The notes under the pieces: generated by a model
Databases searched by the model: none
What the model was told of the DNA's origin: nothing
What the model saw: the letters and a program-made list of their open reading frames with translations, nothing else
Shown here: one piece after another, positions 16,337 through 24,658 of the stretch
How the letters are laid out: each line of letters starts with the position of its first letter
Numbering within the stretch: the first letter of the stretch is position 1
Source of the DNA: a virus
Strand: one strand, 5' to 3'
IMG/VR virus record: IMGVR_UViG_3300045988_034716
Coordinates: 1-27,340 of that record
DNA length: 27,340 bases
Position numbers and translations under genes: made by a program

Positions 16337-18705
16337 CAGAACGCTCCCATCGCCTCTGACAGCGCGTTCCTGTGCAGGATTGCCGCCGCGCTGTACAGGT
16401 CGTCGTCAGACCTGACCACCTTCGTCTCGAAATGCTGCTCGACCTTCGGGGGCTGCTGCCCCTTGTCGCTCACGAACCCGAACACGGCACCCTGCTGCTT
16501 GAAATCCATCTGCACTCCGTCGATTCCGAGCTTGACGTCCTTCCTGAGCGAGCCGAACGGGTCTTCCCTGTCCCATCCGAGGGATACGCCTATTGCAGCG
16601 CCACGGCCCATGTTCACGCCGATGAGGTCGCGCATGAGAGTGGACGGAGAATGGATGCCAAGAAAGTTCTTCACTGAGTCTATTGCGGAGTTCACCCCAC
16701 CCATGATCGCGTTGAGGATTTCGCCTCCGGCGTTGCGGATGCCATTCGCGATTCCCTCCACGATGTTCGAGCCTACGGATACGACCTGTCCGGGGATTGA
16801 CGCCAGGCCGCTTATGAGGTTGCTCGCGAACTCCGACGCTGCGCTGATTGCGTTTGACGCCATCTGCCCGACGAACGACGCGACGTTGCCGATTACAGAG
16901 CCTAGGAACCCTGCGATCCTTCCGGGCACAGACCCTATGAAGCTCACGATGCTGTTCAGGAACCCGGAACCCGCGGATGCGGCACCGCTCACAACGGAGC
17001 CGACGAACGACGCGACGTTCGACACGACCGAACCGAGGAACCCGGCTATGTTGCCCGGAAGCGACGCGAACCACCCAATGAGCGCCTGGATTGCCCCGGG
17101 GACGGTGACCGTGAAGAACTCGACAATCGCGCCCCATACGGCTGCTGCTGCGGACGAGATTGCGTCCCATGCCGCTGTTACGGCGTTCCTGAAGTCCTCG
17201 TTCGTCGCCCATAGGGCGACGAGAGCCGCAACGAGCGCCCCTATCGCGATTACGACAATCATCATCGGGTTCATGCTCATCACGAAGTTTAGAGCGGCCT
17301 GGGCGAGGGACATCGTCTCAGTCGCTCCCGCCGCAACCGTCTGCGCGGTCGTGAACGCCGTTATCGCTGCGCTGATGCCCTGAACCATCCCACTTATCGT
17401 CGTGTACGCCTGCCATGCGGCGAACCCACCCGCCACGGCAGCGAGAACCGGAATCAGGATGCTGCAGTTGTCGGCGCACCACCCGAGCGCGTCAGCCGCT
17501 CCCTGAATCACCGTCGAGACAATCGGCCCGACCATTGACGAAAGCGTCCCGAACGCCGACACAACGCCGCCTATAGCCCCCTGAACCTGCGATGCGTCGA
17601 TTGTCGGTATGTTGATGCCGAGCTGCGCGAACACCGCCGTAGCTGCGTTCCACGCACCTGCAAGAGCCTCGGACAGAACCGGTGCGAGCTTCTCCTGAAT
17701 ACCGGCAAGAGCACCAGGGAGCGCGTTCACGATTCCCTCGCCGATTCGCTGGACGGCGGGTGCCACGTTCGTCGCGACGTCTCCCAGAGCTGTCATGAGG
17801 TTGTCAATCAGCGCCGTCATGTCTGCGTCGGGCGATCCTATGCCTGCGGCAAGGTTCTCCCACGCGGCCTTTACCTCATTGATGGAACCCTCGATTGTCG
17901 TGGCTCCCTCTCGCGCGGTAGTACCGGCGATGCCCTGCTTCTCCTGGACAAGCTCGATTGCCGTAACGATGTCCGAGAACGAGTCGATAGACAAGTCTGC
18001 CGCCTGACCGTTCGCCGCTGCGTACGCGTTGGCGTCGTCGATGAGGCGCTGCATCTCCTCCTTGGTGCCTCCGTAGCCGAGCTTGAGATTGTCGAGCATC
18101 GTGTAGTTCTGCTTGGCGAAGCCCTGGAACGCGTTCTGCACGTCGGTCATGTTGCTTCCGAACGTGTTCACGTTGTCGGACATCGCACGCATCGCAACGT
18201 CGGTCTGCTGCGCGGCCTTGACGGTGTCACCGCCGAGCGAGTTTATGAGCGCCGCGCTGAAGCTCGTCGCCTGCTCCATGTACTGGTTCGCCGACATTCC
18301 TGCCGTCTGCCATGCCTTCGACGCGTTCTCCGACATGAGCGCAATAGCCGGGTTCAGGCTGTTGTACTCGTCCCTGACCTCCGCGACGGCCTTGCCCTGC
18401 TCCTGAGCGTATGCGACAAGCGTCTGCCCGCTGCCGTACAGCTTCGCGACGCCGCCCGACAGCTGCTCGTAGTTCGAGTAGGCGCTGAGCGCCATTCCTC
18501 CGAACGCGAGCGCGGCCGAACCTACCGCAGCGAACGCCGCGGCACCTGCCTTCGCCACGGTCGAGAACACCGACGTCCCTTTGGACTCTACCTCAGAGAA
18601 CGACGAACCGGCCTTCTCGGCTGCGTCCTTGCCCGCCGCGTCTGCCTGCGCCCCAAGCCCGGAGCCGTCAAGCTCCATGCCAATCTTGATTGTTCCGTCT
18701 GCCAT
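16336..18705 (-). CDS. Tape measure protein, about 789 aa. Start at MADGTIKIG
   Basis: Ala/Gly-rich and largely helical, with a central hydrophobic segment. It carries tandem repeats of about 50 aa (..IAGFLGSV..NVASFVG..) encoded at roughly 16770..17064. RBS GAGAGGTGG. Confidence 0.9.
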   Translation of the reverse strand: MADGTIKIGMELDGSGLGAQADAAGKDAAEKAGSSFSEVESKGTSVFSTVAKAGAAAFAAVGSAALAFGGMALSAYSNYEQLSGGVAKLYGSGQTLVAYAQEQGKAVAEVRDEYNSLNPAIALMSENASKAWQTAGMSANQYMEQATSFSAALINSLGGDTVKAAQQTDVAMRAMSDNVNTFGSNMTDVQNAFQGFAKQNYTMLDNLKLGYGGTKEEMQRLIDDANAYAAANGQAADLSIDSFSDIVTAIELVQEKQGIAGTTAREGATTIEGSINEVKAAWENLAAGIGSPDADMTALIDNLMTALGDVATNVAPAVQRIGEGIVNALPGALAGIQEKLAPVLSEALAGAWNAATAVFAQLGINIPTIDASQVQGAIGGVVSAFGTLSSMVGPIVSTVIQGAADALGWCADNCSILIPVLAAVAGGFAAWQAYTTISGMVQGISAAITAFTTAQTVAAGATETMSLAQAALNFVMSMNPMMIVVIAIGALVAALVALWATNEDFRNAVTAAWDAISSAAAAVWGAIVEFFTVTVPGAIQALIGWFASLPGNIAGFLGSVVSNVASFVGSVVSGAASAGSGFLNSIVSFIGSVPGRIAGFLGSVIGNVASFVGQMASNAISAASEFASNLISGLASIPGQVVSVGSNIVEGIANGIRNAGGEILNAIMGGVNSAIDSVKNFLGIHSPSTLMRDLIGVNMGRGAAIGVSLGWDREDPFGSLRKDVKLGIDGVQMDFKQQGAVFGFVSDKGQQPPKVEQHFETKVVRSDDDLYSAAAILHRNALSEAMGAF

Positions 18706-18736
18706 ATCGCCACCTCTCAACGGTGGCGCTCCCTGC

Positions 18737-19288
18737 CTAGGGCTTAACCTTCCCGAACGCCTCTTTCTGCCATGCGATTATACTCTCCGCCTCTGCGGTC
18801 TTCTTCTTCGGAAGAGTCCATGCGTCCCTCGCCTTCGCCATGCGCTGCTCGTACGATTCCTTCGAGCCTTTGCTCCATGTGCGGTACGCCATCGCCTGCG
18901 ACATCACCGTGTCGCTCGGCAGCGAGCGGAACAGCGCGAGGAACCGGTGCCAGTGCATCTCGAGCTCTGGGTCTGTGAGGTCTATGCCATACGCCTGCTG
19001 GAACGCGCCTACGACGTACTCGCCGTCCTCCACGAGGTCGTAAGCCCTCGCAGTCGAGCCGGAGCCTCCGTGCGGCGTGCTGCTCTCGTTCCTAGCGAAC
19101 GCCATGGCGACCGGCACCCACGAGTCTCCTTTCGGCACCTTGCCGTCAAATATGGCCGTCTCGGCCACCTGGCTCACCTCAAGCGACTCAAGCCATGCAA
19201 TCCAAATTCTGAAGTCCGTCCGTATACGGAAAGTCTCCCCGTCAACCTCCAAGGCTGAGGGGAGACCACGGTACCGCAGGTCAATCAT
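18737..19288 (-). CDS. Tail assembly chaperone-like protein (second of a pair), 183 aa
   Basis: It lies between the gpG-like gene and the TMP. Its ATG overlaps the upstream stop (ATGA). The gene is in the -1 frame relative to the upstream gene, but I found no slippery heptamer. Confidence 0.4.
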   Translation of the reverse strand: MIDLRYRGLPSALEVDGETFRIRTDFRIWIAWLESLEVSQVAETAIFDGKVPKGDSWVPVAMAFARNESSTPHGGSGSTARAYDLVEDGEYVVGAFQQAYGIDLTDPELEMHWHRFLALFRSLPSDTVMSQAMAYRTWSKGSKESYEQRMAKARDAWTLPKKKTAEAESIIAWQKEAFGKVKP

Positions 19289-19671
19289 CTCTGCGCCATG
19301 CGGAACACTTGGCGGTTCGGCTTCTTCGTGATGCTTGCGACGCTTGATGCCGCGTCGAGCATGGGCTTCATCTGCTCGATTTGAGCGTTCGCCCCGGACA
19401 TCTGAGCTTCGAGCACGGGCTTTGCGTACGACGTGTTCAGCTCGTTGTACAGGACTGACAGCTCTACGAGGTCAACGTCCTCCATTCGCTTTCCGTCGAG
19501 ACGCGCGTCCACGTACTCCTTCGGCAGAGCCTTCTTAACGAACTCGTACTCGGCCTTGAATCGCTCCGTGCTGCCCTGTGCTGCGGACACCTTGTCCATC
19601 TCCGCACTGAGCTTCAACGTCATCTTCGGAAGCTCGAATGCCTGTCCCTGCGAATCGGTGTACTCGACCAT
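19285..19671 (-). CDS. Tail assembly chaperone (gpG-like), 128 aa. Start at MVEYTDSQG
   Basis: An acidic protein of about 130 aa directly after the major tail protein. RBS GAGAGGCAGG. Confidence 0.5.
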   Translation of the reverse strand: MVEYTDSQGQAFELPKMTLKLSAEMDKVSAAQGSTERFKAEYEFVKKALPKEYVDARLDGKRMEDVDLVELSVLYNELNTSYAKPVLEAQMSGANAQIEQMKPMLDAASSVASITKKPNRQVFRMAQR

Positions 19672-19686
19672 TTCAAACCTGCCTCT

Positions 19687-19736
19687 CAAACGAAAGATTC
19701 CCGCGAGGCTCATGCCCCACGGGAACCATTCTACCA
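19687..19736 (-). promoter_or_regulatory. Stem-loop plus U-tract after the major tail protein gene. An extended -10-like TGgTAGAAT lies just upstream
   Basis: On the minus strand: TGgTAGAAT, then TTCCCG..(16 nt)..CGGGAA, then TCTTTCGTTTG. This is a candidate attenuator or internal promoter within the late operon. Confidence 0.3.
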
Positions 19737-19753
19737 CGCCATGTACCGGGCAA

Positions 19754-20236
19754 CTAGCCTGCCGTGAACGTCACGGTGTCCGTGCCTACTCCTGTGACGG
19801 TGCCGTTGATTGGGTCTCCGTTCAGCGCCAGCTTGAACGAGACGTTGCCGTCCACGGTGTTCAGCGTGTCTCCGGTGACGGTTGCCTCATTCCACACCTG
19901 CGCGACAGTCGGCTTTCCGGTCTCAATGTCGGGTCGGACAATCATGACTGGCGCCTTGCAGTCGGCACCGACAGGATAGCCGTTCAGGAACTTGTCCATG
20001 AACTTGTACAGCGGGTTCGTGTTGTCGAGCACGATTTCCTGCGGAAGCTCGGGCTGGTAGCCGGTGACGACGGTCGTGTCGTTCTTGCTGTTGATGTAGC
20101 TCTTGGTGTCGGTCTGCGGGTTGTAGCTCAACTCGAACTGCGTTGACAGGTCGATGGGCACCCACTTGTACGTTCCCGGCTCGGCACCCTTGGTCGTGTC
20201 GATGAACGGGATGAACAGGTTGCGCGTCAGCTGCAT
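19754..20236 (-). CDS. Major tail protein, 160 aa. Start at MQLTRN
   Basis: Position before the chaperone pair and TMP. Size and Thr/Gly-rich C-terminus. RBS GGAGAG 9 nt upstream. The upstream gene ends ...ESV-TAA immediately before. Confidence 0.6.
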   Translation of the reverse strand: MQLTRNLFIPFIDTTKGAEPGTYKWVPIDLSTQFELSYNPQTDTKSYINSKNDTTVVTGYQPELPQEIVLDNTNPLYKFMDKFLNGYPVGADCKAPVMIVRPDIETGKPTVAQVWNEATVTGDTLNTVDGNVSFKLALNGDPINGTVTGVGTDTVTFTAG

Positions 20237-20237
20237 T

Positions 20238-20681
20238 TTACACACTCTCCTTCTCCCAGTAGGTAATGGCAGCTTGGAACTGGTATCGTGCCAGCTGCAC
20301 GTCCTGATAGGCCGCTGCGAGCGCTGGGACGTTCTGCAACGGCTCTATGGCACGTATTGTACACCCTTCTCCGAAGTCGGGCACGTTGCCCTCGCCGAAC
20401 TGGCGTGCCACCCAGTCAAGCCACTTCTCGCCGAACCCCATTGCCTCGGCGTTCGCCGTGTCGAACCCGTCAGACCAGTCTGCGACCATCACGAGCGCGA
20501 ACGTGTACCTTCGCTCGGCCGTCCCGTCGATGAACTCGCGCATCTTCGCGTCGTTGTACACGACGTTGACCGCCCTCTCGTCTGCCTTCATGTCCACGGC
20601 GTTCAGCTTGATGTACTTCCCGATGCCGTCGTAGGTCTTCAGCCACCTCACGACCGCGTCCGTCTTGCCTGATACCTTCAT
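20238..20681 (-). CDS. Head-tail joining / tail completion protein (minor capsid family), 147 aa
   Basis: Position between the connector genes and the major tail protein. RBS ACGGAGGcagcga. Confidence 0.4.
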   Translation of the reverse strand: MKVSGKTDAVVRWLKTYDGIGKYIKLNAVDMKADERAVNVVYNDAKMREFIDGTAERRYTFALVMVADWSDGFDTANAEAMGFGEKWLDWVARQFGEGNVPDFGEGCTIRAIEPLQNVPALAAAYQDVQLARYQFQAAITYWEKESV

Positions 20682-20768
20682 CGCTGCCTCCGTGAGCCTC
20701 TGTGGTCAATCATACGGGCCAGTTTCCTCCCGATGTGGAAGATCGATTCCATGGCCTTAAATCGCCTC

Positions 20769-21098
20769 CTATCGCTTCAGGTAGTCCGTTGCCGCCTGAG
20801 CAAGCTCGCCGACGTGCGCAGCAGAGTACGCGTCCGCCCAGTGCGCCGTCGCCAGCGCGTGCCTCTCGTGCGAGAACTTCAGGCCGTCCCCGTAGTACAT
20901 CATCCTCGCGTACGGAGTGCTGTAGCTCACCTCGAACGGGGTCGCGGTTGCCGAGGCGTCGAGGAACCCGTTGCGCATCGGGACGTACGGCGACATCCCT
21001 CTCATCGCCTCGGTCGCGAGGAACAGCCCGAGTCCGTCGTTCTTCGGTATCGCGTCGAGCTTGCGATGCACTCCCTCGAACTCAAGCGTCGACTTCAT
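20769..21098 (-). CDS. Head-tail joining / minor capsid family protein, 109 aa
   Basis: Position in the head-completion cluster. RBS AAGGGTGG. Confidence 0.4.
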   Translation of the reverse strand: MKSTLEFEGVHRKLDAIPKNDGLGLFLATEAMRGMSPYVPMRNGFLDASATATPFEVSYSTPYARMMYYGDGLKFSHERHALATAHWADAYSAAHVGELAQAATDYLKR

Positions 21099-21127
21099 GT
21101 CACCACCCTTTTCCCTTTAGCTTTTCT

Positions 21128-21226
21128 ATCTGGATAGTCATCTGGTAGTCATCTGGTATAGGTCGGCCATTGTTGTCAAATCGATTTGCCATCTAGGGCA
21201 AATGAGATTTACCCGTCGGGCAATGG
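21128..21226 (+). repeat. Ori-like iteron element, copy B, intergenic
   Basis: ATCTGG at AGTCATCTGGT AGTCATCTGGT ATAGGT..GCCAT..GATTTGCCatctagGGCAAATG..CCCGTcGGGCAATGG. It is a direct-orientation copy of 5036..5132. Confidence 0.6.
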
Positions 21227-21688
21227 CTATGCGCCTTCCAGATGCAGCACGTTCGCGTACTTGAGCATCCCCGCGCCGCCTTCCACCCCGCCGTTGTTCG
21301 ACAGGTCGCGGAACGCGTGAACCTCGAACCCACGGTGCAGCGTCAGCTCTGCGAGAATCTGCCTCTTCGTAGGCTCTCCGGACAGCGCGGTCTCTCCGAG
21401 CATCACGTAGTCTCCTGTTGATGCCGTGAGCGCGTCGCTCGGCCTCGTCTTGCAGAACTCCGCGTACGGGACGTATCGCATCGTGGATGACGGAACCTGC
21501 ACGACGCAGCTCTTCGCCGTCAACGCGACCCCTTGCGCATCCGTGGTGCGCGAAACCCTCTCGCTCCACATCGCCGGTCTGAGCACGCGCACCGCGTAGA
21601 CGTCGTTGTCCAGCCCTGCGTCCTTGGCGCCGATGCGGTTGAACACGGTCACTGTCTGGTCGAGAACCTTGTCGATGTCGATGTTCAT
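21227..21688 (-). CDS. Head completion / head-closure-like protein, 153 aa
   Basis: Position downstream of the connector gene, with a 1-nt gap. Confidence 0.35.
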   Translation of the reverse strand: MNIDIDKVLDQTVTVFNRIGAKDAGLDNDVYAVRVLRPAMWSERVSRTTDAQGVALTAKSCVVQVPSSTMRYVPYAEFCKTRPSDALTASTGDYVMLGETALSGEPTKRQILAELTLHRGFEVHAFRDLSNNGGVEGGAGMLKYANVLHLEGA

Positions 21689-21689
21689 G

Positions 21690-22097
21690 TCACATCGCCC
21701 CGTTGAACGACACGCATTGCGACGTGAGGTCTACTGGCAGAAGCTCCATTGCCCGCTCCATGCACTCGTACTCCGCCATCGTGACGGTTGACGTTCCGGA
21801 AGACCCTCCGAACCCGAACGAGTTCACGCCGTTGTTGAACGACGTGACAACGGTTCCTGCGGCAAGCGACTTCCTCGCCTCGCGGATTCCGTCTATGCGG
21901 TCTATGACGGCCTTCATGGCAAGCTCAACGGAGCCTTGCAGGCCCTGAGCCTTCAGGTCTGCCGTCACCTGCTCGGAGTGCAGGCGGTTCAGCGTCCAGT
22001 GGTCTAGCAGAATCTCGGCCTCGGACTCGTATCCGGCGTATGCGGACTCCTCCACGGTGCCGCCAATCTCGCGGTACCTCTCGTAGCTTAGATACAT
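21690..22097 (-). CDS. Head-tail connector (gp6/gp15-like adaptor), 135 aa
   Basis: First gene after the major capsid protein. Acidic, about 135 aa. RBS AAGGGGGcgagag. Confidence 0.5.
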   Translation of the reverse strand: MYLSYERYREIGGTVEESAYAGYESEAEILLDHWTLNRLHSEQVTADLKAQGLQGSVELAMKAVIDRIDGIREARKSLAAGTVVTSFNNGVNSFGFGGSSGTSTVTMAEYECMERAMELLPVDLTSQCVSFNGAM

Positions 22098-22117
22098 CTC
22101 TCGCCCCCTTACGAGAC

Positions 22118-22180
22118 GACCCCCAGTCGCAAGGCAGGGAGCGACTGGGGGTCTACGGAATCGGGGGACTTGCCCCGATT
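22118..22180 (-). promoter_or_regulatory. Two stable stem-loops (13-bp and 8-bp perfect stems) between the major capsid and connector genes. No U-tract
   Basis: GACCCCCAGTCGC aaggcaggga GCGACTGGGGGTC, and AATCGGGG gacttg CCCCGATT. Confidence 0.55.
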
Positions 22181-22194
22181 GCGATTATACACGA

Positions 22195-23046
22195 CTAGGC
22201 AGTGAACTTCACCGTCGCGACCGCAACGCACTCGGGGCGCGTGACTGCCGCTCCGTACACGTGGAGACCCTTCACGGCGTCGCTGAAGCGCTTCTCGGGT
22301 CGGTACGCCTCGGTCTTCAGAATCTGCTCTGCGAACGTGCCGCAGATGGGGCTGGATGCCACGACGTTGAAGGCGCCGTTGGCGGGGCTGGGCGCGTTGA
22401 CGGACGTCATGATGTCGAAGCCTGCCGCGCGGTACACGGAACCCTCGGTGAGTCGCTTCTGAGCCTCGTCGGCAGAGACCTGCACGAAGCGCGGGTCAAG
22501 CAGCATGAAGCCCTCGAACTCGGAGGGCATGACGCACACGCGGCCCTGCTTGGGGAGCTTCGCCTTGTCAAGCGCGGTCTTCATGTTGACCAGCGTCTCG
22601 TACGCGTTGTCCTTGGTGATGACGAGAGGCGATGTCTTGCTGCCGAGACCTGCGGTGAGCGTGCCCTTGCTGGCGAGCAGCCCGCCGAGGTACTGGTCTG
22701 CCACGTCGCTGAAGCCGTATCCTGCACGCGCGGTCGCGGTGTCGAGCAGGCTCAGATTGGACTGCGCGGCGTCCACGTCGTCAACGGCGATGTTGAAGTA
22801 CTTCGCCTGGTCGATGGTCAGGGTCTGTACGGCGGGCGCCACCTCGTCCGCTGCGGCGATGTCGGAGGACCTGGTGTAGTCCTTGATGGTCACGTCGCCG
22901 ATTGTGCCAATCTTCACGGTGTCGCCAGCGTCGGTGATTTCGCCCTCGTAGTCGCGGTTGAAGAGCTGCGCGTAGACGAGGGACTTCTCAAGAGCGTCGA
23001 GAATCTTCGCGCTCCAAACGGTGGGGATGAACTTCTCTGTTGCCAT
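22195..23046 (-). CDS. Major capsid protein, 283 aa
   Basis: It immediately follows the scaffold gene. Size and composition are typical. A strong hairpin lies just downstream. Confidence 0.7.
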   Translation of the reverse strand: MATEKFIPTVWSAKILDALEKSLVYAQLFNRDYEGEITDAGDTVKIGTIGDVTIKDYTRSSDIAAADEVAPAVQTLTIDQAKYFNIAVDDVDAAQSNLSLLDTATARAGYGFSDVADQYLGGLLASKGTLTAGLGSKTSPLVITKDNAYETLVNMKTALDKAKLPKQGRVCVMPSEFEGFMLLDPRFVQVSADEAQKRLTEGSVYRAAGFDIMTSVNAPSPANGAFNVVASSPICGTFAEQILKTEAYRPEKRFSDAVKGLHVYGAAVTRPECVAVATVKFTA

Positions 23047-23055
23047 GTCGGCTCC

Positions 23056-23682
23056 TTACTGCTGGTCTTCCAGCAACTTGTTTACCTCGCTCATGTGCTT
23101 TCGGATGTCATCGACGGACATGCCCTTCAGGTCTTCGAGCGACTGGATGGGAGCGTTGCCGCTTCCTCCGCCGTCGTTCGCACCTGGCATCTTCTTCGGG
23201 TCGCGCTGTGGGTTCGCCCAGATGCCGTCCGCGTCCTCCGTCACCGATGCCAGCACGTCGGCCAGCTTCATGTCGGGGTTCGCCTTCGACTTCTCGTAGG
23301 CTGCGGTCTTGATTGCCTTCGCCACGATGTAGTTCGCGAACTTCTTGTCGCCAAGCTCCTTCTGGAACTTCTTCTCGAACTCCGCCTGCGCTGCGGTCTC
23401 CGCGTCCTTCGCCTTGCGCTCCTCGTCGGCATTCTTGTACTCCTGAAGCTGCTCTTGCATCTTCTTGTACTCCTCGGCCTTCTTCGGGTCTGCGCTCTGC
23501 GCCGCCTCAAGAGCCTCGTTGGCCTTCGCGAGCTGCGCTTCGAGGTCTGCCACCTTCTGCGTCTTCGCGTCGGTCTCCGCCTTGGTGCGGTAGTTCTCCA
23601 ACGTCGCCTTCTCGATTGCCTTCAGCTTCTCGTCGTCAAGCTCGACGCCGTTCGCCTTAAGGATGTCCTTGATGTTGTCCAT
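23056..23682 (-). CDS. Scaffolding protein, 208 aa. Start at MDNIKDILK
   Basis: Highly charged, coiled-coil, Lys/Glu/Ala-rich. It lies directly upstream of the capsid gene. RBS GGACGGAGagtgca. Confidence 0.65.
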   Translation of the reverse strand: MDNIKDILKANGVELDDEKLKAIEKATLENYRTKAETDAKTQKVADLEAQLAKANEALEAAQSADPKKAEEYKKMQEQLQEYKNADEERKAKDAETAAQAEFEKKFQKELGDKKFANYIVAKAIKTAAYEKSKANPDMKLADVLASVTEDADGIWANPQRDPKKMPGANDGGGSGNAPIQSLEDLKGMSVDDIRKHMSEVNKLLEDQQ

Positions 23683-23772
23683 TGCACTCTCCGTCCTAGG
23701 ATGTTGTTGAACCGCACTCCATGCGGTGGGGACGGTCGCACTCAAGCGTGCGCCGCTATGAACGATTGTACG

Positions 23773-23801
23773 ACAAAAAGAAGCCCGCGACTAGGCGGGC
23801 T
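23773..23801 (-). terminator. Rho-independent terminator: AGCCCGC ctagtc GCGGGCT then TCTTTTTGTCG
   Basis: On the minus strand, downstream of the 23857..24228 gene. It ends the P3 unit. Confidence 0.6.
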
Positions 23802-23856
23802 GGTTGGTTCCGTTGCTATGCAGTCGGGCCGTACGCTCGATCGTGCTTCCTTGTGG

Positions 23857-24228
23857 CTATGCCCCGTCGATGCCGAGAATCCTCGCGTCAGCCACATCGT
23901 CCTCTACCTGTCCGTACGGCTTCCCTGACATCTTCGCGAGCCTCTCTATGGCTCTCTCGTAGCGGTCGTAGTCCTCGCTCTCGTAGAATCGGTTGGCGAC
24001 CATCAGGCCGCGCTCGTACTTCGACATGCCCTCGCAGTCTCTGTCAACGAGGTCGTAGTCCATAATTTCCGCATCGCTCAGCGGCTCATCGTAGTACACC
24101 CTTCCCCATACGTTCCTGCCGAAATCAGGGTCGAGGAACAGACCGTCGTACATGATGACCTTGCATCCGTCCTTCACCGGGTAGCACCCGATTGACGGCG
24201 GTCTCAGCTTGCATCCGTAGCAGTGCAT
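23857..24228 (-). CDS. Hypothetical protein with an N-terminal Cys cluster (MHCYGCK..C..C), 123 aa
   Basis: RBS AGGAGGcgcagtg precedes ATG. Translationally coupled to the upstream gene by a TGATG overlap. Confidence 0.55.
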   Translation of the reverse strand: MHCYGCKLRPPSIGCYPVKDGCKVIMYDGLFLDPDFGRNVWGRVYYDEPLSDAEIMDYDLVDRDCEGMSKYERGLMVANRFYESEDYDRYERAIERLAKMSGKPYGQVEDDVADARILGIDGA

Positions 24229-24506
24229 CACTGCGCCTCCTTGTACTCGTACTCGAACTCCTCGGTGTCCCCGTTCGAGTAGACCGCCTTTCGTAGCAGG
24301 CTCCCAATCTTGTAGTCATCCTCGAACGTGACCCTGATTCGCTCGCCGTTCACGTACTTCCTGAACACGATTCCAGACGCCTTCTTGCGCATCTGGTTCG
24401 GCGTGTAGAAGCTCCTTACCGGCTTCTCGCCCTTGCCGTTGTGCCAGCAGACGACCCTCTTGCACGCGTCCAGGCCGTCGAGGTCATCGCATCCGTATCC
24501 CATCAT
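24228..24506 (-). CDS. Hypothetical protein, 92 aa. Start at MMGYGCDDLDGLDACKRVVCWHNG
   Basis: ATGATG overlaps the TGA of the upstream 48-codon gene. The track's 144-aa version has an Arg-rich artefactual N-terminus. Confidence 0.5.
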   Translation of the reverse strand: MMGYGCDDLDGLDACKRVVCWHNGKGEKPVRSFYTPNQMRKKASGIVFRKYVNGERIRVTFEDDYKIGSLLRKAVYSNGDTEEFEYEYKEAQ

Positions 24507-24649
24507 CTGTCTTCCTTCCTCACGAACCCGCTTGCCTTCACCTTGCTGCCTTCGAGCACCTGACGCTCTGGCTCCTCCACCTCTTCGAGCGTCCCGTAGC
24601 AGCGGCATATGCACGTCCCGTCCTCGTGCCTCGCGTACCCGTAGCACAT
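24503..24649 (-). CDS. Small Cys-rich protein, 48 aa (MCYGYARHEDGTCICRCYGT...). Not in the ORF track because it is under 60 aa
   Basis: Strong RBS GAGGAGGAGcg precedes ATG. Its stop overlaps the next start. It is paralogous at the N-terminus to the two downstream genes. Confidence 0.5.
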   Translation of the reverse strand: MCYGYARHEDGTCICRCYGTLEEVEEPERQVLEGSKVKASGFVRKEDR

Positions 24650-24658
24650 CGCTCCTCC

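Noticed and set aside
19270-19345. Programmed -1 frameshift joining the two tail chaperone-like genes (gpG/gpGT analogue)
   Set aside because: The downstream gene is in the -1 frame and that frame is open upstream of its ATG. However, I found no X-XXY-YYZ slippery heptamer near the end of 19285..19671. The ATGA start/stop overlap with its own start codon suggests ordinary translational coupling.
22261-23928. 555-aa plus-strand ORF, and similar long plus-strand ORFs at 15821..17383 and 9003..10043
   Set aside because: They are Leu/Arg/Val-rich with low-complexity runs (LLLELLLELRL...). Each lies antisense to a well-supported minus-strand gene: capsid and scaffold, TMP, and endolysin. This is the typical antisense open-frame artefact of high-GC DNA.
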